From Octopus bimaculoides (Eukaryota): a stretch of 64,000 nt of DNA. The stretch covers positions 55,635,781-55,699,780 of the forward strand of contig NC_068993.1 of assembly GCF_001194135.2 (NCBI RefSeq), in the 5' to 3' direction. Below, piece after piece: positions 24,593 to 36,929 of this stretch. Made by a program: the position numbers and the translations under genes. The notes under the pieces are model-generated. The model saw only the letters and a program-made list of their open reading frames with translations, had not been told where the DNA came from and did no database searches. Position 1 is the stretch's first letter, and the number at the start of each line of letters is the position of its first letter.

Positions 24593-26860
24593 ATATCCTT
24601 TTGGCATGTCACATGTGAATATTTCATGCATTAAACAGGTTGAATATAGCAAACTTGCTTGGCCAGATATCAAGTTCTTGTATGAGGGAATGATTTGAGT
24701 TATAAAGTACATACATTATAGTAAGTAATAGTGATTGATTAGATAGGGAATTACTATATACTATGGCCTAGAAGTGGATGTAGTATATAATATAAACATT
24801 CGTACATCAATCACTCTCTTTCCAAATCCTGCTGCATTTCATATGAAAAGTTTTGTCCTCCTAAGTTGTCTTGCTGTAAACGTCAACCAGCATTTTAAGC
24901 ATAACTGTAGGACAACATTCAGCAATCGTTTTATTTAGGTTCTCTAATGGTTGATAACAGCAACATGTTATTACAAATAGCATGTTATGTGGCTTGGATG
25001 TCAGCATCAAGAAAATATCACACAAAAATAATGCACATAACAAAGAGTGAATGTCACTTAGACAAAGGAAAAAACTGCATTCTACAAGTTTGTTGTTGAG
25101 TTATATATTCATTTTCATGTTTATGTCCACTTTTTGCAAGTTGGTATAGGTTGGATGAGGCTTAATGCTGTAGTCTTTTTTCTACTTTAGGTACAAGGCT
25201 GAAATTTGGGTGCGTGGGGGGCAGTCAATCAGAACGACCCCAGTATGCAACAGGTACTTAATTTATCAAGCCCGAAAGGATAAAAGGCAAAGTCAACCTC
25301 GACGGAATTTGAACTAAGAATGTAAAGATATGAAATATCGCTGAGTATTTCGCTTGGTATGCTAACAATTCCGCCAGCTCGCCGCCTTTTGATGCTGTAG
25401 TCTGTGGCCAGATGTCCTTATTGCTTTTAAGAAATATACTTTTTCCATCCAAGCTGTGAGACACCATTGCCCAAGGAGTGTCAGTGCAAAGACAGATGGA
25501 AGCATTCGCTCACACTTACAGAGTGAGCTTCCATATAGTTTTTGTCTACCAAATTTCACAAGGCATTTGTTAACCCAAATATGGAGAACATTTGCTCAAA
25601 GTGCCATGCTCTAGGAGTAAACTCAAAACCACATCATTTCAAAGCCAACTTTTTAACCATACAGCCATTTACGGTCAATTTTGCCACTGGTTGCTCTGGG
25701 GTCACCTTGCATTTAGCACCTATAATATGACTACTTTGCTTCTCTTTTCATCGTCATTTTTTGATGTCTGCCTTCTATACTGGCATGAACTGTGTGGTTT
25801 GAGAGGATCCGACATGTCTGCCTTGGTATGGTTTCTATGGCTGGATGCCCTTTCTAACACCAACTACTTTCTTAAAAAATAGCCTTATACTTGATGATTG
25901 TATTGGAATTCGAATGTAATGCTTAGGTGAGATGAAGACATAATTGCAAGTTGAGTGGGAACTGAGGATTTATCTCAGTTACATTTGGAAGAAATTATGT
26001 TTGTATGTGTGGTTTAGTCTTTGGTTGCCTTGATCCAGCAGACTTATGATCAGAGACATTCTGTGACCCAAAATAATGTATCTAGAACTACCTTATCTTG
26101 TGTATTGTTTTTTTTTTTTTGTAAGGTGGTAGGTTGTTGTTTGAGGGAGATTTGGCTGCTATTTCTAGTATGTAGAGACTGCATAGTAACTACCTTGTTA
26201 ACTTGAACGTGTATCTATGTATGTACATATAACAATGATGTCATCAGTTTGTGTGTGTCTGGGTATGTGCTAGTTTGTAAATACATAAACATATTTGTGG
26301 CGAAGGTGCATGGCTAAGTGGTTAGGGTGTTCAGCTTGTGATCATAAGGTCGTGAGTTCGATTCTTGGCAGCATGTGGTGCCATTAAACAAGACACTTTA
26401 TTTCACATTGCTCCACTCCACTCAGCTGGCAAAAATGAGTAGTACTTACAATTTAAAGGGGCCAGCCTCGTCACATCCTGTGTCATGCTGAATCTCCCTA
26501 AAAACTACGTTAAGGGTATGTGTGCTTGTGGGGTGCTAATTTCACGAGTAGGCTGTTCCATCAATTGGATCACCTGGAACACTTATTGCTATAACTGACA
26601 GAAAGCCAGTTAGGGGTTAAGCTTATTTGTTTACATTGCAAAATTCACTTAACATATAATCCCATCCACTGCTTCTATGCATGAATGTATGTGAGTGGGT
26701 ATCTTCCTAAATTACTTACATTATATGTTTTCCTTGTCTACCATTTAATATCCTGATAAGTGTGAATGGGAAGGTGTTTGTGTGTGTTTTTTATACATTT
26801 TTGTTGTGCATTTGTACCTCTGTTACACATTATTACATCTGCTTTCCTTAACTGTCTTAC
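24593..26860 (+). other. U12-type (minor spliceosome) AT-AC intron, 2268 nt
   Basis: 5' end ATATCCTTTT, branch site TTCCTTAAC at 26844-26852, 3' end ...TCTTAC. Excision restores GYPG-V-IPPNATL in frame. Confidence 0.93.
25186..25389 (-). mobile_element. tRNA-derived SINE family A, inside the U12 intron; similar copies at 28484-28692 and 29115-29320
   Basis: Near full-length match to the other family A copies in the window. Confidence 0.8.
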
Positions 26861-26921
26861 TATTCCACCAAATGCAACATTAATCTTCGATGTTGAGCTC
26901 TTATCTCTCAACTCTCTTTGA
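26861..26921 (+). CDS. FKBP1A: FKBP12 exon 6 (terminal)
   Basis: (V)IPPNATLIFDVELLSLNSL*. The total CDS is 333 nt (110 aa) and is colinear with human FKBP12. Confidence 0.95.
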
Positions 26922-27580
26922 ACCTAACCTATCTTTATACGATTATTTACTGTACATTCACGATGATGGCTACTCCTGCGACAACAATTCACCATGTGGC
27001 CAGCCCTGCAAAACTCACTCTGGGTGTCAAGTTTTTTAATATTTTCTTTTTTATCTTCTGCCATTCTATGACATAAGAGTGAAGCTGCCATTTTCATAAA
27101 TTCAAAGATTTTTACTCAAAATTTCACTTTCAAGATGTTTGCTTTTTAATTCTTTACTTTTTAAAATTTGAGTATATTTCTTGATTTTCTCTGTGTTGTT
27201 AGCTTATGGAAAGAAAATGTAGGGCTTAAGTCCTTATACTAATTTCATTCTGTACAATTTACACAGTTGTATAACAAAACTAAAAACTAGCTCTGGGAAC
27301 TATTATTTCTTACAAATTCATTTAAGTTAAAGAGGTTTTCCTTTTTTTTTTATTATTCTTTTTGATTAAATATTCTCTGATCATCTTAAATAAAATTTTC
27401 TCTGAATATCTTAAAGAATTTTGTATTTACAAACAATTTTTTGAAATATTTCCCTACCAACCTTTTAAAATTTTAGTTTTAAAAAAAAAAGAATATATTT
27501 TCAAAGTAAAAGTTAGGCCAGTATCAATGTGAAAAGGTTTTCAATAGAAAACATTCTGAAATAATTCTAAATAATAACAT

Positions 27581-27586
27581 AATAAA
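27581..27586 (+). terminator. Candidate FKBP12 polyadenylation signal
   Basis: AATAAA ending a U-rich 3' UTR, followed by downstream U/GU-rich sequence (tttctttgtgttggttttt). Confidence 0.5.
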
Positions 27587-27899
27587 ACAATGTTTAGTAT
27601 TCATTTGGAAACAGTTCCTTTTCTTTGTGTTGGTTTTTGTTTATCAGATGTTGAGGAAGTCTGTCAGATTTTTTATCAAAATATTTTCATTCCAAAAATG
27701 AAAAAAACCCCTCTATTTGCAGACAAATTTGGATAAAAGAGACACAAAGTCTTTCAAAGTGAGGATGTGTAAAATTGTAGTTAACAACAAAATTGGTCAA
27801 TAGTATTTCCTGAGATTTGAAGAACTTCTATGACACTATTATGATTCCTCTTAACAAAATTATAGATTCTCATTTGAGTGGTTTACACAAAGAATGTCA

Positions 27900-28325
27900 A
27901 TAAATTCCAATTCACTTAGATTGGCCAGGCTGTCTGGTGCCGAGTTGGCTCCGCTGGCCACAGCATTTGGTGCATTCCCCTTGTGCTTTTGCCATTCTCC
28001 TCCATGTTGTTCCAAACATTTCTCTTAAATTTTGACGGAAAGAGAACATCTGCTTACTGCACAGAGAGCCATGGAAAGGTCAATGCTGGGAACCTCATTA
28101 AAAGATCACACTTGGAACGAGGAGATCAGCGATAGAAGTGGAGTGTAGGGCATCATTGCAGAATACCGCCATGCAAAGCTACGATGTTGCTGGTCATGTC
28201 GCAAGGTTCACAGACAATCGGTGGACTTGTGCAGTTGTAGAGTGGTACATGTACAAGCAGAAGAGACCATCTGGAAGACCTCTAATCATGTGGGAAGAAG
28301 ATTTAAGAAATTTCAATTACTGAAT
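27900..28325 (+). mobile_element. RTE LINE 3' fragment
   Basis: AGHVARFTDNRWTCAVVEWYMYKQKRPSGRPLIMWEEDL matches the RTE C-terminal motif WAGHVAR...DNRW...EW...KRPxGRP. Confidence 0.8.
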
Positions 28326-31300
28326 ATAATGGGTCTGTTGTTGTTCTATCAAGAACTGTACACAAGCTGCAGGATGGAAAAAAAAATCACCAATGTTGTG
28401 TTCACTGAAGTTTTCCAGAGTGAAAAAACATTCTTTGTGGCCACTGTGTGACCTCTTAAGCAGGTGTTTTCTATTATAGCTCTTTTCTACTCTAGGCACA
28501 AAGCCCGAAATTTTTGGGGAGGGAAGGGGCAGTCGATTAGATCGACCCCAGTACACAACTGGTACTTAACGACTCCGAAAAGATGAAAGGCAAAAATCGA
28601 CCTTGGCTGAATTTGAACTCAAAACATAAAGACAGATGAAATACTGCAAAGCATTTCGCCTGGCCTACTAACAGTTCTGCCAGCTTGCCTTCTATTATAG
28701 CTCTGAGCTGATATACACCTTGTAAGTGAATTTAGCTGACAGAAACCATGTGGAAGCCTTTCGTATATGTCTGAATATATATGTGTGTGTCCTTCCACCG
28801 CTTAACATCTGGTGTTGATTTGTTCCTATCTCTTTTACTAAGTGGTTCAGCATAAAGACAAACAGAATAAATACCAGATTTGGAAAAGTGTCAGAGTTGA
28901 TTTGTTTGACTAAATCCTTTCGAGGCAGTGCCCCAGCATGGCCAGAGAATAATGACTGAAAACCAGTTAGAGATAAGATATTTAAAAAAAAATAATTTCT
29001 TTTTATATAGTTGCAGCTTAGAGCTGCGGCCATGCTGATGCACAATTTTTTCTCATAATATTTAGTTATTTTTTAATCATCAACACTAGTTTTAGAAACG
29101 ACCAAAATATTCTTTTCTACTCAAGACACAAGGCCCAGATTTTTTGAAGAGCAGGCCAGTTAATTAGATTGACTCTAGTACACAACTGGTACTTATCGAC
29201 CCCGAAAGGACGAAAGGCAAAGTCGACCTCAGCAGAATTTGAACTCAAAATGTAAAGACAGACAAGATACTGCCTATCATTTTACCAGGCATGCTAACGT
29301 TTCTGCCAGCTCACCACCTTACAGCAAAGATGGTTTTGGAGATATTCTCTGGCTTGCCAGTTCCTGTCAAACTGTCCAAGTGATGCTAACATGGAAAAAT
29401 GAATGTCAATTGACGATACAGGTATGGCTGTGTGGTTAGAAGTTTGCTTCCCAACTGCATGGCTCCAGATTCAATCCCACAGTGTGGCACCTTGGATACA
29501 TGTCGTCTATAGCCTCAAGCTGACCAAAGCCTTGTGAGTAGATGTGGTAGATGGAAACTGAAAGAAGCCCATCATATATATGTATGTGTCTGTGTTTGTT
29601 CCCACTCGACCACTGGTGTTGGTGTGTTTATATCCCCGTAACTTAGTGGTGTGGCAAAAAACACTGATATAAGAGTCAGGCTTATACAAAAAATAAGTGC
29701 TGGGGTTGATTTAGTCGACTAAAATTCAAGATGGTGACCCAGTATGGCCATAGTTTGATGACTGAAAGAAAGGAATATTACATACACTCACCTTTATTTA
29801 TATATAATGTGTGTATGTACATAACAGACAACAAAACTACCAGAGAAAAGAGTAAACTGTTTTTTATTTGTTAAAATGTCTTTGTTTAGTTGGTTTTTGT
29901 GTAGAGGTTAGATGGGGGGGGGGGGAGAATAATGATTTACATTAAATCACTGTAACATACAAAAAAGAGAACTTAAAATACACAACTGAAGACATTTTAC
30001 TGAGGGGTGGGTGGTAGGTGGTGTCTTAGTAAAGTGGGGGGACAGACATGTATGTATAAAATGTGAAAAAGTGAAAGAAATTGTTTTTTTGTTAAAAAGA
30101 GAATATTTAAGACTTGGATTAATTGAAATGTATTTTAATATGTAATATGTAAAACTATTAACATTACAGACATCAATGCTGGCATCATAAAACCAAAAAA
30201 AAATTTTTACCAGCAATCTAAGGCCCACAGTCACTGGTATATTATGAATTATGAACTGGTTTGAAACCAGTCACTGACAAATGTTTAGTATTTTAGTCAC
30301 AAGTAAAGGAGGTAGTGAGTCTTCAGAAACGTAGACTATACTCTAATTTGGATACAATGATAGAATATTCTAGGATTTAACTAAGGCAGTAAACAAATCT
30401 TTTAGCTTGTTGTCTAGTACTGCCATTTACAACGGCGAAAAGCAAAGTCTAATTAGATTGTGTCTAGATCTGCCAAAGGCATATTAAATTGATAGAAACA
30501 TTTACAATATATGAATATATCAAACACTTGTAGTTCATTTAGGGGGAGGAAAAAAAGTCCCCACAATAACAAAACATTTGATCACATTGGAGTTTATTTG
30601 AATAGGAGAAGGAAAAAAAGCTGTGATGGTGTTTAAGTTCTTAATCCTAAATACTTCTGATACATCAATAATGTCTTAAAATATTCATCATAGTGTTCAC
30701 TAGTGTTGTTTTTTTTAATTATTAAGCATATATATTTGTTTTGTGTTTGTGTGTGGACATATATGTATAATTTGCACATGTCTGTAAGTCTATTTTAATT
30801 ATATAATTTATGAGTGTACATGTGTTTCCATGGGAAACAAATTGTCAGTAATATTCTGAAGGACTTTCATCCATAGACAGAAGGACAACAACTAAATGGT
30901 GAAGAATATCCTGATGACTTAAAATCTTTGTCAATTTTCATTTGTTGAACATTTTCACTCAGATTACAAATGTCAGTAGGAAGTGTTCATATTTGCATTG
31001 GATATAGTGAGATCAGGTTTGTTAATAAGTCCAGGTAATGGCAAACAGTGTGTGTAAGTGTGTGTGTGGTGTTAAGATAATTATTCTGACAACCCAACAG
31101 AGTTCCTGTTTTGTATAACACAAGAGGAGGGACTAATTGGTACACATCCACTACAGTAATTATTAAATAGGAATCATAAAATATAACCGACAAGATATGT
31201 TTAATTTTCAAGAAAAAGAAGAGGAGGAACATTTAAAATATAAATATGACTGTTTTTTAAGAAAAAAAAAAAANNNNNNNNNNAAAAAAAAAAAAAAGGA

Positions 31301-31946
31301 ATAAAGAGGTTTCTATGTAAACCTGGAATAAAATCAGAGATTACAAGGTTTTTACGAGAAGGGGTAGGGATCTTTTTATGATTTTTTTTCCTTACAGGAA
31401 GAAGCAAAGAAGAATTCTGATAGCTTGAAAATACAGTGAACCTACTTGAGAAACTATATTTTTATCATACATACCACTACCTGGTATTCTACAATATCTA
31501 AAGACAGCCAAGTTGAAACTAATTCATTGTGATCCCACTGATGGATCATCTACAGAAATGGTACACTGAAGTAGCTGAATATTACTTCACCAGGAAAACA
31601 TGAAAGCTAGTTCAGTTAAATATAGCAGGATCAATAACCAGTTGTTAGAACTAAGCTCCAGTGATGAGGTAGGATGGATTCACTGATATCCTCACCTCCA
31701 GACTCGTATAAGAACTAGACGGTAAGTACAGATTTACCATAATACAAAATTTAATGAATGGTTCACAGTAGAACAGGAATTATATAATCGCATTCATTGG
31801 CTTACAGCTGTTTTTGCTATAAGGAACTGTACATCCAAAGGAGAACTGAGTAACAATGTGACATGGCTTCATCAGAGATTCTTATAGTAGAAATCACTAA
31901 GCCAATGAATGTGATTATGTCACTTCTATTCTTTTGTCATTCATTT

Positions 31947-31998
<52 letters not shown>

Positions 31999-34369
31999 CA
32001 AGAGAGAGAGATAGAAATAAGTAATCCCGCCTGTAATCTTTACTGTGGCTTCAGCCCACATTTAAAGACTTAAAGAAAGGTATTGGAATCTCAATATCTG
32101 GCAAGTTTGTTCCTTTAACTGCATCAAATTAATTAGAAAAAACATTGGAGCAAATAATTCTTCATCATTTCTAGAAATCAAACATATCAAAAATGAATTG
32201 TTTTCCAAAGACAATGTATAAATAACTGTTGAAATTACATTTAATTAGTTGGTTTAATATCTTTAAAAAATGTAGTCTTAATTATGTAGTAAATACTCTG
32301 TTACTATTCCAGATACCAAAATACCTTGATTGATTGGGAAACAACTTCTGAACAGTTTTGAGTTAGTTTTGGTCAATAGAAATTATTTTTTAAAAAATGG
32401 CACAGAACAGAAGAAACAATGGAATATTTAAACTCTACACATGATTAATCTTCCATTAAACTGCTTTACTAATTCTGAAGAATTTGAAATTAAGAATGCA
32501 AGACTTTTTTAAATAAAAGCCATTTATTTATAGTTAACGATAAACAAAATTTAATTAAGAGCACAGTTCAATTAATTCTAAAGTGGTAACTCTGTGATTT
32601 ACTGCTGAATTAAATTTGAAAGTTTCATAGAAAAAATTTGAAAGACTTTTTGTATTAAAAATTTTCAATTGTATGTGTTATATATATGTAGCAACATCTG
32701 TTGCAACTGGATGTATATAATTGTACATTGTAAAATCATTACATGAAATTTTAATGGCAAGTTAAAAAAAAAAATTAGATGTGTAGATGATCTGTAGTAG
32801 AAAATGATTAAATAATAATGGTTTCTTAATAATAATAAGGTCAAAAATCAATGATTGAAGATGAAAAGGATTTAGAATTCAGAAGACATGATTCAAAATA
32901 AAGCAACAACTACACAGTACAAAAAAAAAACTACCTCAATTGACTCTCAGAATGCTATATTTTAACACACACACACACATTCTTACTATTTCTCTCTCTC
33001 TCTCTTACACTGACACACACATTATCCCCCCCCCCCCGACAGTCAAATACTTTACATTCACATGAGCAGATTGGAGAGACAAAGACAAACAAAATGGTAA
33101 ATGTGATTCCATCTTTGGTTGAGATTGCATCTAGAATGATCTTTGAGTCTTTGGTAAAAAATTCATAATGGCTGATAATTTTAGTTTCCATTAAAAAAAA
33201 CAAAAAAACATTCAGAAATGAAATACTGACTCTGTGGACTTGTCTTGTTGAGACATTAGTTCAGTTTGGATGTTGTTTAAATGTGTTATTTTCATAAATG
33301 AGTGAATAGTATACACATGTATAAAATAAAGTATGTGTACATACATACACACGCATGCATGTGAATGTGTATACACACACACTCACACATAAGTGAGCAT
33401 GCACACACACACATATACATGTGTATGTATATATATATAATGTGTGTGTGTATGTTTATTTTTGTGTCTATATATATATATATATATATATGAAGGTGTG
33501 TGGCCTAGTGGTTAGGATGTTGCATTCATGATTACTAGATTGTGGTTTCAATTCCTGGAGTTGGCGACACATTGTGTTCTTGAGCAAAACATTTCATTTC
33601 CATTGGTCCAGTCTACTCAACTGTAAATGGTCAACCCTGTGATGGAACAGTTTTCCTATTGGGAGGAATGTTGGCCTGTTCGCCTAACCAGCAAGGTGGC
33701 ATCATTTGAAAGCTAAAAGCAATGCAAAGCGCATTGTGACCAGTGATGTATAACAACATCTGATGATAGTGAGATATATATATGCACAAATGTGAAGGCG
33801 CATGGCTTGGTGGTCAAAGTGCTGCACTCATGACTGCGAGATTGTGGGTTCGATTCCCAGACCAGGCGTTGTGTTGTGTTCTTTAGCAAAGTGCTTCATT
33901 TCGACATCTGACATGTGGCACCCACTTGCACATGTACAGGTAATGTCGATCTGATGGAGGGAGTGAGCTTATGTCTACACAAACATTTGATCACTACAAA
34001 CAAATCATCTGTGCGGTTGTTTGGTAAGAAATTTTTGAACCCCCCCTATATGTTGTCTAACAACATGAGAGTCCATCATATATGCACATACTACATACAT
34101 ATAAACTCAAAACTAAAAATGATCATATCATCCTGAAAGTACCAGTTTGTATCTGATCACTAAAGTTAGAGCAATATTAGTTCCTATTTTTATACCTAGG
34201 TGGATGACAACTTGAGAAACCTAATTGCTGTAAACATAAACTTTAGTGTATAGGAATATAATGTTGTTTGTCAATATAATATAGTCTGTATAAATATATG
34301 TATAGGGGTGGTTAAATAGTGTATGTATGTATATATACACTCATATATATATGTATGTATGTATATAAT

Positions 34370-36535
34370 GTTAACAGATGAAATGTTTTATTTACTACTG
34401 AAATTACAAAGAAAAACTGGGATTTAAAAATCATATAAAAAAAGGAGTTTAGTATAATTTTTATTCCTCCCTGTTGAATATCAGAATAGGAAATAATGTG
34501 GAATCACAATTAAAGACAAAAGTTTAAAAAAAAAAATATTAAGCATAAACCAAACTTTCACAAAATGATTTAAAAATCTACTGAGAGACACAATATTGAA
34601 ATGACGGACAGAAGAAATGTGGTGTGAAGATGTGAAGGGAAGTCAGTTTGGACAGAGGAAGAGAGAAAATATCACAGTAAATAGTTGGCTAAAAAACAAC
34701 ACAACAACACAAACATGTTGACAAGACAGATTCAGAAAAGTAGCAACAGCAGCCATGTTGAATTGTATCTCATTTCATATTCTTGTTTTGAATATTGGAT
34801 TGTTTTTATTTTTCTCAATGTTAATTGAAGATAAACAATAATGGCAATCACAATATTAATTAAAGCAGAGGGTTGTTTTTTTTGTCAAAAAAATTATTAA
34901 CATTACCATTTGCAATAATAAAGCAGAAACAGTCTGGACATACAACAAAATGCTTCAACATCCTACCGACCCTCACCTCTACCTTATTGAAGCTTCATTC
35001 GTTGGGTCATTAAAGTCATAAAATTTCAATAAGGAGGAGAAAGTTTGTGGAATAACTCAGTTATTTCCTTGCAAAATAACTGAGTTATTCAAAGAAAAGA
35101 AACCAAACAAAAAACAATGCTGACCATTTTGCTGAGTTCTCCCTTGGAACATGTTAGTTGTGAGATTATAGATGATGTCATGCAAATGTAAAGAAAGGCA
35201 ATGAATGAGCACTGAACCCTTTCACTCTTAATTCACTCCAATTACACAAAAAAACAACATTATCATATATATATATATATGTAGAGAGCAGGCATAATGA
35301 ATTTGAGTGAATCAAATTGGATTATCCACCCTTAACCCACCCCAGAAACAGACGACAACATAAAAAAGGAAGGTTTGTGGGTCAACCTGGGTGAATGAGA
35401 TTGGACAAGCCACATGAAAAACCAACCTGTTACACAGAGACATGGGGTTACAGTGAATGTGGATATTTGTAGAGGTAAGAGACGGCTGCTATATAAATAA
35501 ATAGATCGATGATTGAAGTAATTAACTGTTTTGTTAATGATAGTTAGTTGTTGTGTTGATTCAAATATAACAAACAAGGGAAAACACACTTGCTGAAAAT
35601 ATACACACTGTTGTGTGTGTATAGATAAATACACACAATATCTACGAAACAAAGCTTTTCTCCAAAGCATACATCTTTCAACATATACACCTGCAAAATG
35701 CACACCACCAATGCATACACCTTCAGAATATACATGCATAAAACATACCTCCATGAAGGTAATCACACCTCCAGTAATAAACCTACCGAGCATACACACC
35801 TCAAGATATACAACCCTTCCAGGACATACACTCCTCCAGAACATACAGTCATTAAATCAAAAATTATCAGTAAGAAAGTTCTAGAAATGTATTTGGTAAA
35901 ATGTTTTTGTTTCTTTCCACCTCTTTTACTTTTGTTCATTACTTCCTTCTCTCTGTTAATTAATTAAAATGGAGAAATAATTCCAGCAGATATTCCACAA
36001 CTTGACAATGGAATGTATCTCTGGAATATGTTTTCTCAACTTACAAAAATGAATATCAAAATCTAAAGCAATCTTAGAGAACCTAAACAAAACTAAAAAA
36101 AAATCAACCAATTCTTTTTTGAAAAGTGAAAAATCAAAACAAAATAAAGAAAAGAAAACAAAAAAAAATCCCTCAAAATCAACAATAAATTTTTTGTTAA
36201 AAAGTAAACAAATTGTAATAAAACAAGAAAAACATACTTTAGAGAAAGTTAATGGACTGACGTTGAAGGAATTAAAAATACCAAATTAACAGCTGTTAGC
36301 AATACTAATTAATCCTTAGTTGAGGTATGTTGGTAAAAGAAAGCAATGTTGGTGTAGAAAAGCTAAGTAAGAGAAAGAATGGGAAAGAAACATCAGTCAT
36401 TTGGTCCACAGGTTGAGGAAGACAAATGTTCTGAATATAAATAATAGCAATGAATAACAGAAGTACCAAAGCAAATGCAGGCATTCCAGTGCTAGGAACA
36501 TTGGAAAGTAGGTATTTGCTTGGGGAGAGCCGGGG
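34370..36535 (-). other. Probable CABLES 3' UTR (proximal, about 2.2 kb)
   Basis: U-rich on the minus strand and free of SINEs. Minus-strand AATAAA at 34387-34392. Confidence 0.5.
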
Positions 36536-36676
36536 TCAAGAATTATAGAGCAGACGTTGGTAGTGTGGGTAGATTTCCATGTCTGGAGAATGGAGAGAAA
36601 ACTGAAGCATAACTAGACACACAAACTCAAATGCTAACAGTTCCTTTCTGTGTATTCGAAAGTCATCTTCCAGTTG
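36536..36676 (-). CDS. CABLES1: CABLES (CDK5 and ABL1 enzyme substrate) terminal exon
   Basis: QLEDDFRIHRKELLAFEFVCLVMLQFSLHSPDMEIYPHYQRLLYNS*, compared with human KLEEKFRLNRRELIAFEF...EFALH...PHYRRL. An invertebrate would have a single CABLES1/2 orthologue. Confidence 0.93.
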   Translation of the reverse strand, partial: QLEDDFRIHRKELLAFEFVCLVMLQFSLHSPDMEIYPHYQRLLYNS

Positions 36677-36715
36677 CTGAAACGAGAAAAGCAAATTAAT
36701 TAAAAATTATAATCT

Positions 36716-36908
36716 TTTCTACTAAAGGCACAAGGCCTGAAATTTTGGGGGGAGGGGACTAGTCGATTTCATCAACCCCAGTGTTCAACTGGTACTTAAT
36801 TTATTGACCTTGAAAGGATGAAAGGCACAGTTGAACTCAGAACGTAAAGATGGACGAAATGCCGCTAAGCATATTGTTCAGCATACTAACGATTCTGCCA
36901 GCTCTCTA
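36716..36908 (-). mobile_element. tRNA-derived SINE family A; further copies at 37995-38180, 38215-38450, 38660-38790, 40245-40430, 43808-43986, 44372-44595, 44600-44797 and 57545-57735
   Basis: Shared gaaaggatgaaaggcaaagtcgacct...gaatttgaactcagaac core. Confidence 0.8.
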
Positions 36909-36929
36909 CCTATATATATATATATATAT

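Noticed and set aside
21925-25680. Inverted family B SINEs flanking FKBP12 exons 3-5 as circRNA drivers
   Set aside because: Back-splicing would need a U12 AT donor joined to a U2 AG acceptor, which is incompatible, and the downstream copy is very degenerate.
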